This document shows, one piece after another, positions 24,876 to 34,895 of a stretch of 64,000 nucleotides of DNA. The notes beneath the pieces are model-generated. The model was not told the origin of the DNA and ran no database searches. It was given only the letters and a program-made list of their open reading frames with translations. Made by a program: the position numbers and the translations under genes. Position 1 is the stretch's first letter. Every line of letters begins with the position of its first letter. The stretch is from Bacteroidaceae bacterium (GTDB lineage Bacteria; Bacteroidota; Bacteroidia; Bacteroidales; Barnesiellaceae_A), in assembly GCA_017481745.1 (NCBI GenBank), contig JAFUOV010000005.1, positions 232-64,231 of the forward strand, in the 5' to 3' direction.

Positions 24876-26945
24876 TCAGTCGTTCATCGATAGCAGGAAC
24901 TCTTCGTTTGACGATGTGCGCTCGAGGCGTTCTTTGAGGAACTCCATTGCCTCTACCGAGTTCATGTCGGCGAGGTAGCGACGTAGTATCCACATGCGAT
25001 TGAGTGTCTCCTTGTCGTGCAAGAGGTCGTCGCGGCGGGTGCTCGATGCGTTGATGTCGACGGCGGGGAAGATGCGCTTGTTGGACAACTTGCGGTCGAG
25101 CTGCAACTCCATGTTGCCTGTACCCTTGAACTCCTCGAAGATTACTTCGTCCATCTTCGAACCTGTGTCGATGAGTGCAGTGGCGATGATGGTGAGGCTA
25201 CCGCCGTTCTCGATGTTACGGGCTGCACCAAAAAAGCGCTTGGGCTTGTGCAGGGCGTTGGCATCGACACCACCCGACAGCACCTTGCCCGATGCGGGCG
25301 AAACGGTGTTGAATGCACGTGCCAAGCGGGTGATTGAGTCGAGCAATATCACAACGTCATGACCGCACTCTACCATGCGCTTGGCTTTCTCCAACACGAT
25401 GTTGGTAACTTTTACGTGGCGCTCGGCGGGCTCGTCGAAGGTAGAGGCTATGACCTCTGCCTTTACGCTGCGTGCCATGTCGGTAACCTCCTCGGGGCGC
25501 TCGTCGATGAGGAGTATGATCATATATACCTCGGGGTGGTTTTCCGATATTGCATTGGCTATATCTTTGAGAATTACTGTTTTACCGGTCTTTGGCTGAG
25601 CTACGATAAGACCACGTTGCCCCTTGCCTATGGGCGAGAACATATCGACTACGCGAGTAGAGAGGTTGCTCGACTTGCCGCTGGTGAGGTCGAACTTCTC
25701 GTTGGGGAAGAGCGGGGTGAGGTGGTCGAAGGGAACGCGGTCGCGCACGTACTCGGGCAAGCGACCGTTTATGCGCTCGACCTTGGCGAGGGGGAAGTAT
25801 TTTTCACCCTCTTTGGGCGGACGGATAGGACCTTCCACCACGTCGCCGGTCTTCAATCCGTAGAGTTTTATCTGCGATTGCGACACGTAGATGTCGTCGG
25901 GCGAGGTGAGGTAGTTGTAGTCGGGCGAGCGCAAGAAACCATAGCCGTCGGGCATCATTTCCAGTACGCCCGAGCCCATGAGTATGCCCTCGAAGTCGTA
26001 CAAACGCTCGCCGGGATACATGTCGTCGCGAGCGGGTTCGTCGCGGCGCACGTCGTCTTGTTGCGCATTGTTTTGCTTGTTGCGTTTGTTGTTCTGCTTG
26101 TTATTTTGTTTGTTGTTGCCCGGGTGGTTGTTGTTACCACCGTTGTTATTGTCGGGGTTGTTCTCTCTGTTTTGCGGGGTGAACTGCTGCTTGACGATGT
26201 TGCCGTTCTTGTCGCGCGAAATGAAACGTGTAGCCTTGGGGAAGAACGCCGACAGACCTGGGGTAGGGGGCAACGTGGGCTCTTGTGGCTTGGCAGCCTC
26301 GGTGTTGGCGGGCTCTTGTGCGGCGGGTTGCGCTGTGGGCTCGGGGGTAGCCGTTTCGGTAGCGACTGCTTGCTCCTCGGCAGGCTCGTTGGCTGCGGGC
26401 TTCTCCTCGCGGTTGATGCGCTTGCGACCGCGACGAGGTTTCTCCTCGACGGGCTCTTGCTCCTCGGTTGAGGGCGCTGTGGTAGCAGCCGGCTCGGCAG
26501 CTACATCGGCAGTGGGCTCGATGGCATCCTCGGCTTTTTGTTTCTTCTTGCGACCCGGGCGACCCTTTTGTGCGGGAGCTTCAGCAGCCTCGGCAGGCTC
26601 GGCAGTGGCAACTTGGGGTTGCGCATTGTTCTCGGGCTTTGCTTCCTCCACATTATTAATATTAGGCTCGGCAGCGACCTCGGTGGTGGGAACTTCGAGC
26701 GGCAACGAGGGTTGCTCGTCGGTAGTATCTTCGTTCTCTTTTTCGGTCTTGCCGGTGCGAGTCTTTTTCTTCCGTTTTTTGCCTTCGCCTTGCGAAGTCT
26801 TGCTGGCAGTGATAGCCTGCTCGTCGAGAATGGTGTATACCAAGTCGTCGGTGTCGATGTTGTTGCCGACAGCTATGCCCAATTGTGCAGCTATCTCTTT
26901 CAACTCGGGTAAAGTTTTAGCTTTGAGTTCAAAAATGTTATACAT
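24876..26945 (-). CDS. rho: Transcription termination factor Rho with a ~260-aa low-complexity insertion
   Basis: N-terminal [19 protein letters not shown], cold-shock-like [14 protein letters not shown], Walker A PKTGKT, C-terminal RecA-like domain. Start moved to M12 of the tracked ORF. Confidence 0.95.
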   Translation of the reverse strand: MYNIFELKAKTLPELKEIAAQLGIAVGNNIDTDDLVYTILDEQAITASKTSQGEGKKRKKKTRTGKTEKENEDTTDEQPSLPLEVPTTEVAAEPNINNVEEAKPENNAQPQVATAEPAEAAEAPAQKGRPGRKKKQKAEDAIEPTADVAAEPAATTAPSTEEQEPVEEKPRRGRKRINREEKPAANEPAEEQAVATETATPEPTAQPAAQEPANTEAAKPQEPTLPPTPGLSAFFPKATRFISRDKNGNIVKQQFTPQNRENNPDNNNGGNNNHPGNNKQNNKQNNKRNKQNNAQQDDVRRDEPARDDMYPGERLYDFEGILMGSGVLEMMPDGYGFLRSPDYNYLTSPDDIYVSQSQIKLYGLKTGDVVEGPIRPPKEGEKYFPLAKVERINGRLPEYVRDRVPFDHLTPLFPNEKFDLTSGKSSNLSTRVVDMFSPIGKGQRGLIVAQPKTGKTVILKDIANAISENHPEVYMIILLIDERPEEVTDMARSVKAEVIASTFDEPAERHVKVTNIVLEKAKRMVECGHDVVILLDSITRLARAFNTVSPASGKVLSGGVDANALHKPKRFFGAARNIENGGSLTIIATALIDTGSKMDEVIFEEFKGTGNMELQLDRKLSNKRIFPAVDINASSTRRDDLLHDKETLNRMWILRRYLADMNSVEAMEFLKERLERTSSNEEFLLSMND

Positions 26946-27086
26946 TTGATATTGTGTTTTTTCGTAGCGACGATACATAAACGCGCATAAAGCAATGCTG
27001 TATCGTGTGTTTTACTAAAATAAATAACGAAAATCTTGTGAAAAACAGGACATTCGAGCGAATGACCTTCCTGAAATATTACGTTG

Positions 27087-27094
27087 CAAATATA
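27087..27094 (-). promoter_or_regulatory. -7 promoter box TATATTTG for rho (~135-nt leader)
   Basis: Plus strand CAAATATA is TATATTTG on the minus strand. Confidence 0.4.
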
Positions 27095-27190
27095 ACGCAA
27101 TTTTTCGAAATTAACGTATGAAAGAGTATTTAAGTTTGTCGTTTTAACACTTTTTCGGAACGAATGAGCCCCAAATGTGAACCTGGGACT

Positions 27191-28519
27191 TTACACTTTG
27201 TCGTATTTGAACACTACGACATTCTTGGTGTGGTGGGTGATGCGGGCCTCGTTGCCGGCGCGCTCGCCTACAATCCACAAGATTTTCTCGCTATCGCATA
27301 GTAGCAGGGCATTCTCCTTGTCAATAAGCGAGAACTTGTGGTCGTTGAAGTAGTCGCTCACTTTCTTGCGCCCTTTCATGCCAAAGGGGATGAAAGAGTC
27401 GCCCTGTTGCCAACGGCGCAGAACAAGTGGAAACTTTACGCGGTCGAGGTCGAAGCAGGCGGTATTCTTGTCGCGTATGATGGCAAAGTGGTCGGCATCG
27501 CAATAGGTGGGGGTGATGCCACATCGAGTAGTCGTGTCGGCAGCGAGCCATGTAGCCAAGATGTCGGTTGTATCGGCGGTGATAGCCTTTATAATAATGT
27601 TGTTGCGGTGGCTTACCGCGCGGTGCGTAGCCGATAGAAATTGTCGCCCCGAAGGCTGCTCGAGCATAGCCATATCCTCGATTTGTGAGGCGTTGAAGCC
27701 CAATGGCGCAGCAATCTCGAACAAGAGTGTTGAGGCATCGGGCGATGTGTGTAACAAGGTGAGGTCGATGTATAGCTCGTCGCCGCTCTGGCTGCACACT
27801 CGTTGTGTCCACTCGTCGATGGCGGCGCGGTAGAACTTCTCGCTACTGCGCAGGTGGGCTATCGAGCGTTCGATGCATGTGTCGGCAGCGCTGTTTATCT
27901 CGCGCAGCAGCGGCATAACCTCAAGGCGTATTTTGTTGCGTGTGTATATCGCTTGCAGATTGGTGCTGTCGGTAACATAGTCGAGTTGCGCTTGGGCAAG
28001 GTAGGATGTCAACTCGTCGCGCGACACGCATAGCAAAGGGCGGACAATCTTGCCATTGCGCGCACCCATGCCCGTAACACCGGCAAGTCCTGTGCCACGT
28101 ATGAGGTTGAGCAATACCGTCTCGGCGTTGTCGTCGCGGTGATGCGCAACGGCGATAGCCTCGGCGAGGTGCTCGATGCGCATCTGCTCGAACCACTCGT
28201 AACGCAACTCGCGGGCAGCCATTTCGATAGAGATGCCTTTCTGCTTGGCATAACCCGTAGTGTCGAATGTCGTCTCGACAAAGGTGGCTTGCAATTTGTT
28301 GGCAATGCCTTGGGCGTGATTGCGGTCGCGCAAGCTTTCGTCGCCGCGCAGCATGAAGTTGCAATGACAAGCCACACAGTCATATCCGAGGGCTGTGAGG
28401 ATAGCAAGTAGTGCCACCGAATCGGCACCACCACTCAGCCCCACTACCACGCGGCATCCCGGCGATAGCAACTCTTCTTGAGCAATAAGCTCGGCTATAT
28501 GGCTTGTAATATCGTTCAT
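27191..28519 (-). CDS. tilS: tRNA lysidine(34) synthetase
   Basis: PP-loop SGGADS, 442 aa, typical TilS layout. Confidence 0.9.
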   Translation of the reverse strand: MNDITSHIAELIAQEELLSPGCRVVVGLSGGADSVALLAILTALGYDCVACHCNFMLRGDESLRDRNHAQGIANKLQATFVETTFDTTGYAKQKGISIEMAARELRYEWFEQMRIEHLAEAIAVAHHRDDNAETVLLNLIRGTGLAGVTGMGARNGKIVRPLLCVSRDELTSYLAQAQLDYVTDSTNLQAIYTRNKIRLEVMPLLREINSAADTCIERSIAHLRSSEKFYRAAIDEWTQRVCSQSGDELYIDLTLLHTSPDASTLLFEIAAPLGFNASQIEDMAMLEQPSGRQFLSATHRAVSHRNNIIIKAITADTTDILATWLAADTTTRCGITPTYCDADHFAIIRDKNTACFDLDRVKFPLVLRRWQQGDSFIPFGMKGRKKVSDYFNDHKFSLIDKENALLLCDSEKILWIVGERAGNEARITHHTKNVVVFKYDKV

Positions 28520-28538
28520 ACTGCAATATTTATCACTG

Positions 28539-28546
28539 CAAATTTA
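28539..28546 (-). promoter_or_regulatory. -7 promoter box TAAATTTG for tilS
   Basis: Plus strand CAAATTTA, 20 nt upstream of the tilS ATG. Confidence 0.45.
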
Positions 28547-28680
28547 AGTCATCTTGCACAAACCTACAAGTGTAACATGTTTTTTGTGAAAAATACCTTC
28601 TGTACTTCTTGTAGGAGTTTTTAAAAGAAGAATTATAAAAAAACAGTATATGAAATGTGTGTAAATTGCGATAAAATGCT

Positions 28681-28688
28681 TATCTTTG
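28681..28688 (+). promoter_or_regulatory. Distal -7 promoter box TATCTTTG upstream of rpmB
   Basis: Exact TAnnTTTG match 221 nt upstream of the rpmB ATG. Confidence 0.4.
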
Positions 28689-28848
28689 CACTGCCTAACG
28701 GCGGCGAGAAGGGTAACTTCTTGTTACACAATAACAAAGCAAATTTCTGGCAGTTGAAAAATATTGTCGTGATGCTCTAAAAATGGCAGGGAAAAGATTT
28801 TTTAGATTTTTTCTCGGTCTAAAATTTGGACGGTATGTCAAAATGCTG

Positions 28849-28856
28849 TAAATTTG
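28849..28856 (+). promoter_or_regulatory. Proximal -7 promoter box TAAATTTG upstream of rpmB
   Basis: Exact TAnnTTTG match 53 nt upstream of the rpmB ATG. Confidence 0.5.
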
Positions 28857-28908
28857 CACACTGTTTTGTGAAAGTTGGAAAAGTAAACTAAAAAAAGAAA
28901 AGATAGCG

Positions 28909-29163
28909 ATGTCAAAGATTTGTCAAATTACAGGGAAGAAAGCTATGGTTGGCAATAACGTTTCGCACTCGAAACGTCGCACGAAACGCCGTTTCAATGT
29001 TAACCTCTTTAGCAAAAAATTCTATTGGGTCGAGCAAGAATGCTGGATCAGCCTCACTGTATCGGCAGCCGGTCTCCGCTTGATTAACAAGATGGGCTTG
29101 GATGCTGCGATTAAATATGCAGTAGAGAAAGGGTATTTAACCGAAATTAAAATGATGAACTAA
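28909..29163 (+). CDS. rpmB: 50S ribosomal protein L28
   Basis: [28 protein letters not shown] signature. Confidence 0.95.
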   Translation: MSKICQITGKKAMVGNNVSHSKRRTKRRFNVNLFSKKFYWVEQECWISLTVSAAGLRLINKMGLDAAIKYAVEKGYLTEIKMMN

Positions 29164-29164
29164 T

Positions 29165-29353
29165 ATGGCAAAGAAAGCTAAAGGTAATAGAGTGCAAGTA
29201 ATTCTCGAATGCACCGAGCACAAGGCAAGTGGTATGCCCGGCACTTCGCGTTATATTACAACCAAAAACCGTAAAAATACCACCGAGCGTTTGGAGTTGA
29301 AAAAATACAACCCCATCCTCAAAAAAGTAACAGTTCACAAAGAAATTAAATAA
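29165..29353 (+). CDS. rpmG: 50S ribosomal protein L33
   Basis: [18 protein letters not shown]...[10 protein letters not shown] signature, 62 aa. Confidence 0.95.
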   Translation: MAKKAKGNRVQVILECTEHKASGMPGTSRYITTKNRKNTTERLELKKYNPILKKVTVHKEIK

Positions 29354-29369
29354 TAAGGAGGTCTGAACC

Positions 29370-29522
29370 ATGGCAAAGAAAACCGTTGCAACCCTGCAAA
29401 AAGGCGATAGCCGTGCTTATGCGAAAGTAATCAAAGTGGTGAAATCGCCCAAGACCGGTGCCTATATGTTCCAAGAGGAAATGATCCTCAAGGAGAATGT
29501 AGATGCTGCTTTGAAAGCATAA
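29370..29522 (+). CDS. DUF4295-like small basic protein (50 aa), absent from the ORF track
   Basis: Hand translation: MAKKTVATLQKGDSRAYAKVIKVVKSPKTGAYMFQEEMILKENVDAALKA. AGGAGG precedes the ATG. The position directly after rpmG is typical of Bacteroidetes. Confidence 0.7.
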   Translation: MAKKTVATLQKGDSRAYAKVIKVVKSPKTGAYMFQEEMILKENVDAALKA

Positions 29523-29611
29523 TCTGCGATAGATACAATTATACTAAGGTATAAAAATTTCCTTGCGCAATATTTTGTGCGAGGAAGTTTTTTTTTACCC
29601 TGCGAATTTGT

Positions 29612-29619
29612 TATTTTTG
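29612..29619 (+). promoter_or_regulatory. -7 promoter box TATTTTTG upstream of ftsY
   Basis: Exact TAnnTTTG match 68 nt upstream of the ftsY ATG. Confidence 0.45.
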
Positions 29620-29686
29620 CACGAAAATAGGTAGCTGTGTCGTTATTGCATGCGACATGGTGTAAATAGATATAAAGAAAGTTTTT

Positions 29687-30640
29687 ATGGCTTGGTTTAA
29701 TTTCTTCTCGAAAGAGAAAAAAGAGACATTGGACAAGGGCTTGTCTAAAACAAAAGAGGGCGTATTTACCAAATTGGCGCGTGCCGTTGCCGGTAAATCG
29801 CAAGTTGATGACGAGGTGTTAGACAATCTCGAGGAGGTACTTATTACCTCGGATGTTGGTGTAGATACTACGCTGCGCATCATAGAACGTATCGAGGAGC
29901 GTGTGGCTCGTGATAAATATATGGGCACATCGGAGCTCAATCGCATCTTGCGTGAAGAGATAACCGCTCTGCTCACCGAAACCGGCGAAGACGATGTCGA
30001 AGACTTTGCTGTTCCTGCCGAGAAACGTCCATACGTTATCATGGTGGTGGGCGTGAATGGTGTGGGTAAAACCACAACCATAGGCAAGTTGGCTTATCAA
30101 TATAAGAAAAAAGGCTACTCGGTATATTTGGGCGCTGCCGATACTTTCCGCGCTGCTGCTGTCGAGCAGTTGGTGGCTTGGGGTGAGCGAGTGGGTGTGC
30201 CTGTGGTGAAGCAAAAGATGGGTTCCGACCCTGCTTCGGTAGCATTTGATACCCTCAGTTCGGCTAAAGCCAATAATGCCGATGTAGTGATTATCGACAC
30301 TGCCGGTCGTTTGCACAATAAGATAGGCTTGATGAACGAGCTTACCAAGATAAAAAACGTTATGGCAAAGGTATTGCCCGATGCGCCGCACGAAGTGTTG
30401 TTGGTGCTCGATGGCTCAACCGGACAGAATGCCTTTGAACAAGCCAAGCAGTTTACTGCTGCTACCGAGGTGAATGAGTTGGCTATCACCAAGCTCGATG
30501 GTACTGCCAAGGGTGGTGTGGTGATAGGTATTTCCGACCAATTTAAGATACCCGTTAAATATATAGGACTGGGCGAGGGTATGGAGGACTTGCAAGTCTT
30601 TCGTCGTGCTGCTTTTGTCGACTCACTCTTTGGCGATTGA
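29687..30640 (+). CDS. ftsY: Signal recognition particle receptor FtsY
   Basis: SRP GTPase motifs GVNGVGKTTT, DTAGR, TKLDG; NG-domain layout. Confidence 0.95.
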   Translation: MAWFNFFSKEKKETLDKGLSKTKEGVFTKLARAVAGKSQVDDEVLDNLEEVLITSDVGVDTTLRIIERIEERVARDKYMGTSELNRILREEITALLTETGEDDVEDFAVPAEKRPYVIMVVGVNGVGKTTTIGKLAYQYKKKGYSVYLGAADTFRAAAVEQLVAWGERVGVPVVKQKMGSDPASVAFDTLSSAKANNADVVIIDTAGRLHNKIGLMNELTKIKNVMAKVLPDAPHEVLLVLDGSTGQNAFEQAKQFTAATEVNELAITKLDGTAKGGVVIGISDQFKIPVKYIGLGEGMEDLQVFRRAAFVDSLFGD

Positions 30641-30641
30641 T

Positions 30642-31934
30642 ATGAAGCGTAATAGGGTAGACATAGTATCATTGGGCTGCTCCAAAAATCTTGTCGATTC
30701 GGAGCGCTTGATGCACCGATTTGCCGAGGCGGGTTATGAGGTGTTTCACGATGCCGAGAAGGTGTCGGGCGAAATTGTTGTAGTGAATACTTGTGGCTTT
30801 ATTGGCGATGCCAAGGAAGAGAGTATCGAGATGATACTGCAACTTGCCGATGCCAAGAAGCGCCGTCGCATAGGTAAGCTGTTTGTTATGGGTTGTCTCT
30901 CGGAGCGTTACCGCGAAGAACTTACTGCCGAGATACCCGAGGTTGACAAGTTTTATGGCAAGTTCGATTGGGAAAATCTGCTTGCCGATTTGGGACGTCC
31001 CGAGGTGGTGTGCTCTACCGAGCGCATACTCACTACTCCGTCGCACTATGCCTACATCAAGATAGCCGAGGGTTGCAATCGTTTCTGTTCCTATTGCGCC
31101 ATTCCGCTCATTACAGGGCGTTTCAAGTCATATCCGATGGAGCAGATACTCGACGAGGTGCGCTCGTTGGTTGCAAAGGGTGTCAAGGAGTTTCAAGTCA
31201 TTGCGCAAGACCTCTCTTATTACGGTGAGGACTTGTATGGCGAAAATCGTTTGGCTCAACTCATCGGCCAAATGGCGCAAATCGAAGGTGTGGAGTGGAT
31301 ACGTCTGCACTATGCATATCCTGCCGGATTTCCCTACGACTTGCTGCCTGTAATGGCTCGACATGATAATGTGTGCAAGTATCTCGATATAGCTTTGCAA
31401 CACATCAGCGACAATATGCTCGACAAGATGTTGCGCCACGTAACCAAGCAAGAGACCTACGACCTATTGGCACGCATCCGCCGAGAAGTACCCGGCATAC
31501 ATCTGCGCACAACGCTTATGGTGGGTCATCCGGGTGAGACCGAGGCTGACTTTGAGGAGTTGCTGCAATTTGTGCGTGATGCCCGCTTCGAACGCATGGG
31601 CGCGTTTGCCTATTGCGAGGAAGAGGGTACTTACGCTGCACGTCATTATGCCGACGATATACCCGAAGAGGTGAAGCAAAATCGCTTGGATCGTCTGATG
31701 GCATTGCAAGAGGAGATAGCAGCCGATATAAATGCAGCGAAACACGATACTATATTGCGTGTCTTGGTAGATAGAGAAGACCCCGACTACTATGTGGGTC
31801 GCACTCAATACGACTCGCCCGAGGTCGATAATGAGGTGCTGATAGAGAAGACTCGGTCGCTCTCTGTCGGCGAGTTTTGCGAGGTGAAAGTCGTAGAAAC
31901 CTTGCCATTCGATTTGATAGCCCGCCCGCTCTGA
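30642..31934 (+). CDS. rimO: Ribosomal protein S12 methylthiotransferase
   Basis: UPF0004 N-domain (SLGCSKN), radical-SAM CNRFCSYC, C-terminal TRAM domain. Start at MKRNRV. Confidence 0.92.
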   Translation: MKRNRVDIVSLGCSKNLVDSERLMHRFAEAGYEVFHDAEKVSGEIVVVNTCGFIGDAKEESIEMILQLADAKKRRRIGKLFVMGCLSERYREELTAEIPEVDKFYGKFDWENLLADLGRPEVVCSTERILTTPSHYAYIKIAEGCNRFCSYCAIPLITGRFKSYPMEQILDEVRSLVAKGVKEFQVIAQDLSYYGEDLYGENRLAQLIGQMAQIEGVEWIRLHYAYPAGFPYDLLPVMARHDNVCKYLDIALQHISDNMLDKMLRHVTKQETYDLLARIRREVPGIHLRTTLMVGHPGETEADFEELLQFVRDARFERMGAFAYCEEEGTYAARHYADDIPEEVKQNRLDRLMALQEEIAADINAAKHDTILRVLVDREDPDYYVGRTQYDSPEVDNEVLIEKTRSLSVGEFCEVKVVETLPFDLIARPL

Positions 31935-31938
31935 TTGT

Positions 31939-33012
31939 ATGAACGAGTATGCGCCATATTGCAGTGTTGATGAGGCGAGTGAGCTGATTGCTTGCTGCTT
32001 GGCGAAGAATATACCCTTTTATGCTTGCCGATATCCCGGTGAGGAAGATTGCCGATTTGGAGCACAGACGGTCGATGCGCCACGTCGTGCCATTGACAAC
32101 GGTTTCTGTGTAGTGCCGTTCGATATGGCGGGCGATACCGAGGCTTATACCATCACACCCGATACATTTGCACGCGATATAGATACATTGCAGGCGCTAC
32201 CCCGACGTGAGGCGGTGGCTCGACAATTTTCCGATAGTGATATAGACTGCCCTGCCTATCTTGCCGAGGCACAATCGCTTATCGAGTGTATGCGTGAGGG
32301 TGAGTTGCAAAAGGTGGTACTATCGCGCACGATTACACACTCTTGCGATACAAATAATTTCTTGCCCCAATATTTTGCCCGATTGTGCCGTATGTATGCT
32401 TCGGCGTATATATTTATCGTGAACATTCCCGGCGTGTGTGGCTGGGTGGGGGCTACTCCCGAGATGTTGTTGCAGTCGCATAGCGCCGGTTATGAAACCA
32501 TGGCTTTGGCGGGTACTCGCCCTGCCGGTACTACAACCCCATGGGGCGCTAAAGAGCAAGACGAGCAGCAATATGTAGAGCGATATATTGCCGATATATT
32601 GCACCGGGCAGGACTTAAAGATACAACCATTGATAGATATACCCGACGAGCAGCGCAAGTAGAGCACTTGTGCACGCAATTCAACATCCGTTCGCAACAC
32701 GATGTTGCGTTGCGCAATGCCTTGGTTGCTGCATTGCATCCCACTCCCGCCGTTGCCGGAACGCCCACCGATATGGCAATTGAAGCCATTCGTTCAACCG
32801 AAACACATTCCAGACGTTATTATGGTGGATACGTTGGCGAGTCGTTGAGCGATGGACGTTGCGCGTTGTATGTCAACTTGCGCAGTATGGAGTTTACACC
32901 CTCGGCGGTGCGCCTATATGTTGGTGGCGGATTGACAGCGCAGTCGGTTGCTATTGACGAATGGAACGAAACTTGTGCCAAGTCGCAAACATTGCTTTCG
33001 GCTTTTCAATAG
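31939..33012 (+). CDS. menF: Isochorismate synthase (menaquinone pathway)
   Basis: Chorismate-binding signature HPTPAVAG.P and RRYYGGYVG; sits immediately upstream of menD. Confidence 0.8.
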   Translation: MNEYAPYCSVDEASELIACCLAKNIPFYACRYPGEEDCRFGAQTVDAPRRAIDNGFCVVPFDMAGDTEAYTITPDTFARDIDTLQALPRREAVARQFSDSDIDCPAYLAEAQSLIECMREGELQKVVLSRTITHSCDTNNFLPQYFARLCRMYASAYIFIVNIPGVCGWVGATPEMLLQSHSAGYETMALAGTRPAGTTTPWGAKEQDEQQYVERYIADILHRAGLKDTTIDRYTRRAAQVEHLCTQFNIRSQHDVALRNALVAALHPTPAVAGTPTDMAIEAIRSTETHSRRYYGGYVGESLSDGRCALYVNLRSMEFTPSAVRLYVGGGLTAQSVAIDEWNETCAKSQTLLSAFQ

Positions 33013-33021
33013 AATAGAATT

Positions 33022-34704
33022 ATGGAAAATACCACTCATACCCTTTGCCGTCATTTGGTTGCTCTGTGCGTTGCGCATGGAGTGCGTCGTGTTGTTTTGT
33101 CGCCCGGTTCGCGCAATGCTCCGTTGGTTGTGGCTTTTGCGCGCGAGGCTGCCATAGAACATCGCGTAGTGGTAGATGAGCGCGTAGCGGCTTTTGTAGC
33201 ATTGGGTATGGCTACTCGTAGCCAGGAGCCGGTAGCATTGGTATGCACATCGGGTACGGCAATGCTCAATTATGCTCCAGCCGTAGCCGAGGCATATTAT
33301 CGACATATTCCCCTTATAGTTATCTCTGCCGACCGCCCCGATGAGTGGATAGACCAAGACGATAGTCAGACCATCCGACAATATGGTGCTTTGGCGCATT
33401 TCGTTAAGCAGTCGTATCAGTTGCCAACGACCGACGACAAGACCTCGTTGTGGTATGCCTCTCGTATGGTGAACGAAGCTCTTTTGCTTGCCAAAGAGCC
33501 CTGCTGCGCACCGGTGCATATCAATGTGCCTCTGCGCGATCCCTTGTGCGCTGTTGCCGATGTAGAGCCTGCACAGCCCAAGGTTGTGGCAGCAACACAG
33601 GCTATGTCGCAAGTGGCAAAAAGCGATGCCGAGCGCTTTGCTCATGCCATTTCGCGTGCACGTAAGGTGATGATATTGGCAACTATGTCGCAACCCTCGG
33701 CACATTTGCAAGAGGCATTGAGCCGATTGGCGCAGTTGCCACAAGTAGTAGTGCTCACCGAGAGTATTGCCAACCTGCATGATGCCAATTTTATACCCAC
33801 TATCGACCGCGTGCTCACAGCTATAGATAATAGCGAAAAGACCGATTTCGCTCCCGAACTGCTTATCACCTTGGGGGGTGCACCCGTATCGCGTATGGTG
33901 AAAGAATTCTTGCGCACATACACACCCAACGAGCATTGGCGCGTAGGAAGTGATAGTCGTCTGATAGACACAATGCAGTGTCTTACACACTCAATTGCAG
34001 CCAGTCCTGCATCGTTCATGGCACAGATGGCTGCGTTATGCCAGCAATCGGCATCCGACTATTCGGCATTATGGCACGATAGAGAGGTGGTGGCTACGGC
34101 ATTGCACAATCGCGTGCTCGATGCTGCACCATGGTGCGACTTGCGAGCCTTCTCAGCGCTTTTGCCCGCCATTCCGCAGGGTACGGTGCTACACCTATCC
34201 AATGGAACATCCATTCGTTATGCCCAGCTATTCGACACCCCACAAGTGGCAGCATCATATTGCAATCGCGGTGTGAGTGGTATAGACGGCAGTACGTCGA
34301 CAGCCTTAGGAGCTTCGTTGGTCGATGATAAACAACATCTGCTCATAACCGGCGATATGAGTTTTGGCTACGATGCCGGAGCATTGGCTACCGCATTGGC
34401 AACACCACGATTTAAAATTGTTGTCATCAACAATGGGGGAGGCGGCATCTTTCGTTTCATCAAAGGACCTTCCGACCTGCCCGAACTCGAGGAGTGCTTC
34501 GAGGTACAACGTCGTCAACCCATTGAGGGTTATGCAGCTATACATGGTTTTAGCTATTATTGCGCCGATAATGAAGAAGCATTGCAGAAAGCCCTGCCGA
34601 TGTTCTTTGCCGAGAGCGATCGCCCAGCCATTCTCTCAATAGAAACTCCCGCAGAGATTAATGCCACCGTCCTGCGCAACTATATGCGCCGCGCCCGCTT
34701 GTGA
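33022..34704 (+). CDS. menD: SEPHCHC synthase (2-succinyl-5-enolpyruvyl-6-hydroxy-3-cyclohexene-1-carboxylate synthase)
   Basis: ThDP enzyme layout (SPGSRNAPL, TSGTA.LN, GDMSFGYD...NNGGGGIF). Confidence 0.88.
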   Translation: MENTTHTLCRHLVALCVAHGVRRVVLSPGSRNAPLVVAFAREAAIEHRVVVDERVAAFVALGMATRSQEPVALVCTSGTAMLNYAPAVAEAYYRHIPLIVISADRPDEWIDQDDSQTIRQYGALAHFVKQSYQLPTTDDKTSLWYASRMVNEALLLAKEPCCAPVHINVPLRDPLCAVADVEPAQPKVVAATQAMSQVAKSDAERFAHAISRARKVMILATMSQPSAHLQEALSRLAQLPQVVVLTESIANLHDANFIPTIDRVLTAIDNSEKTDFAPELLITLGGAPVSRMVKEFLRTYTPNEHWRVGSDSRLIDTMQCLTHSIAASPASFMAQMAALCQQSASDYSALWHDREVVATALHNRVLDAAPWCDLRAFSALLPAIPQGTVLHLSNGTSIRYAQLFDTPQVAASYCNRGVSGIDGSTSTALGASLVDDKQHLLITGDMSFGYDAGALATALATPRFKIVVINNGGGGIFRFIKGPSDLPELEECFEVQRRQPIEGYAAIHGFSYYCADNEEALQKALPMFFAESDRPAILSIETPAEINATVLRNYMRRARL

Positions 34705-34777
34705 TAAAGTTTACTTATTGTAAATAATACCCTATAAAAATACTTTGTATAATAGGTGCATCCTGCCAATTTTTTTG

Positions 34778-34785
34778 TATTTTTG
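34778..34785 (+). promoter_or_regulatory. -7 promoter box TATTTTTG upstream of aspS
   Basis: Exact TAnnTTTG match 111 nt upstream of the aspS ATG. Confidence 0.45.
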
Positions 34786-34895
34786 CAAGTTGTATAATTT
34801 GCATCAGACTGCGCATGCCGTAGGTGTGCCGGGTGATGTTGCAAAGGTGCAACAGGTGATTGTAAAGAAATAATAAACCTAAAATATAACAGAAA

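Noticed and set aside
24443-24937. Cluster of 60-86-aa ORFs on both strands in the yfhO-rho spacer
   Set aside because: They are mutually overlapping, Arg/Pro/Gly-rich and without signal or domain features. They are more likely by-products of GC-rich structured DNA; see the finding on this region.
25359-26471. 370-aa and 323-aa ORFs antisense to rho
   Set aside because: They are generated by the low-complexity insertion region of rho; the translations are Gly/Leu/Val runs.
32914-33990. 358-aa ORF antisense to menF/menD
   Set aside because: Shadow ORF spanning a gene boundary; no motifs.
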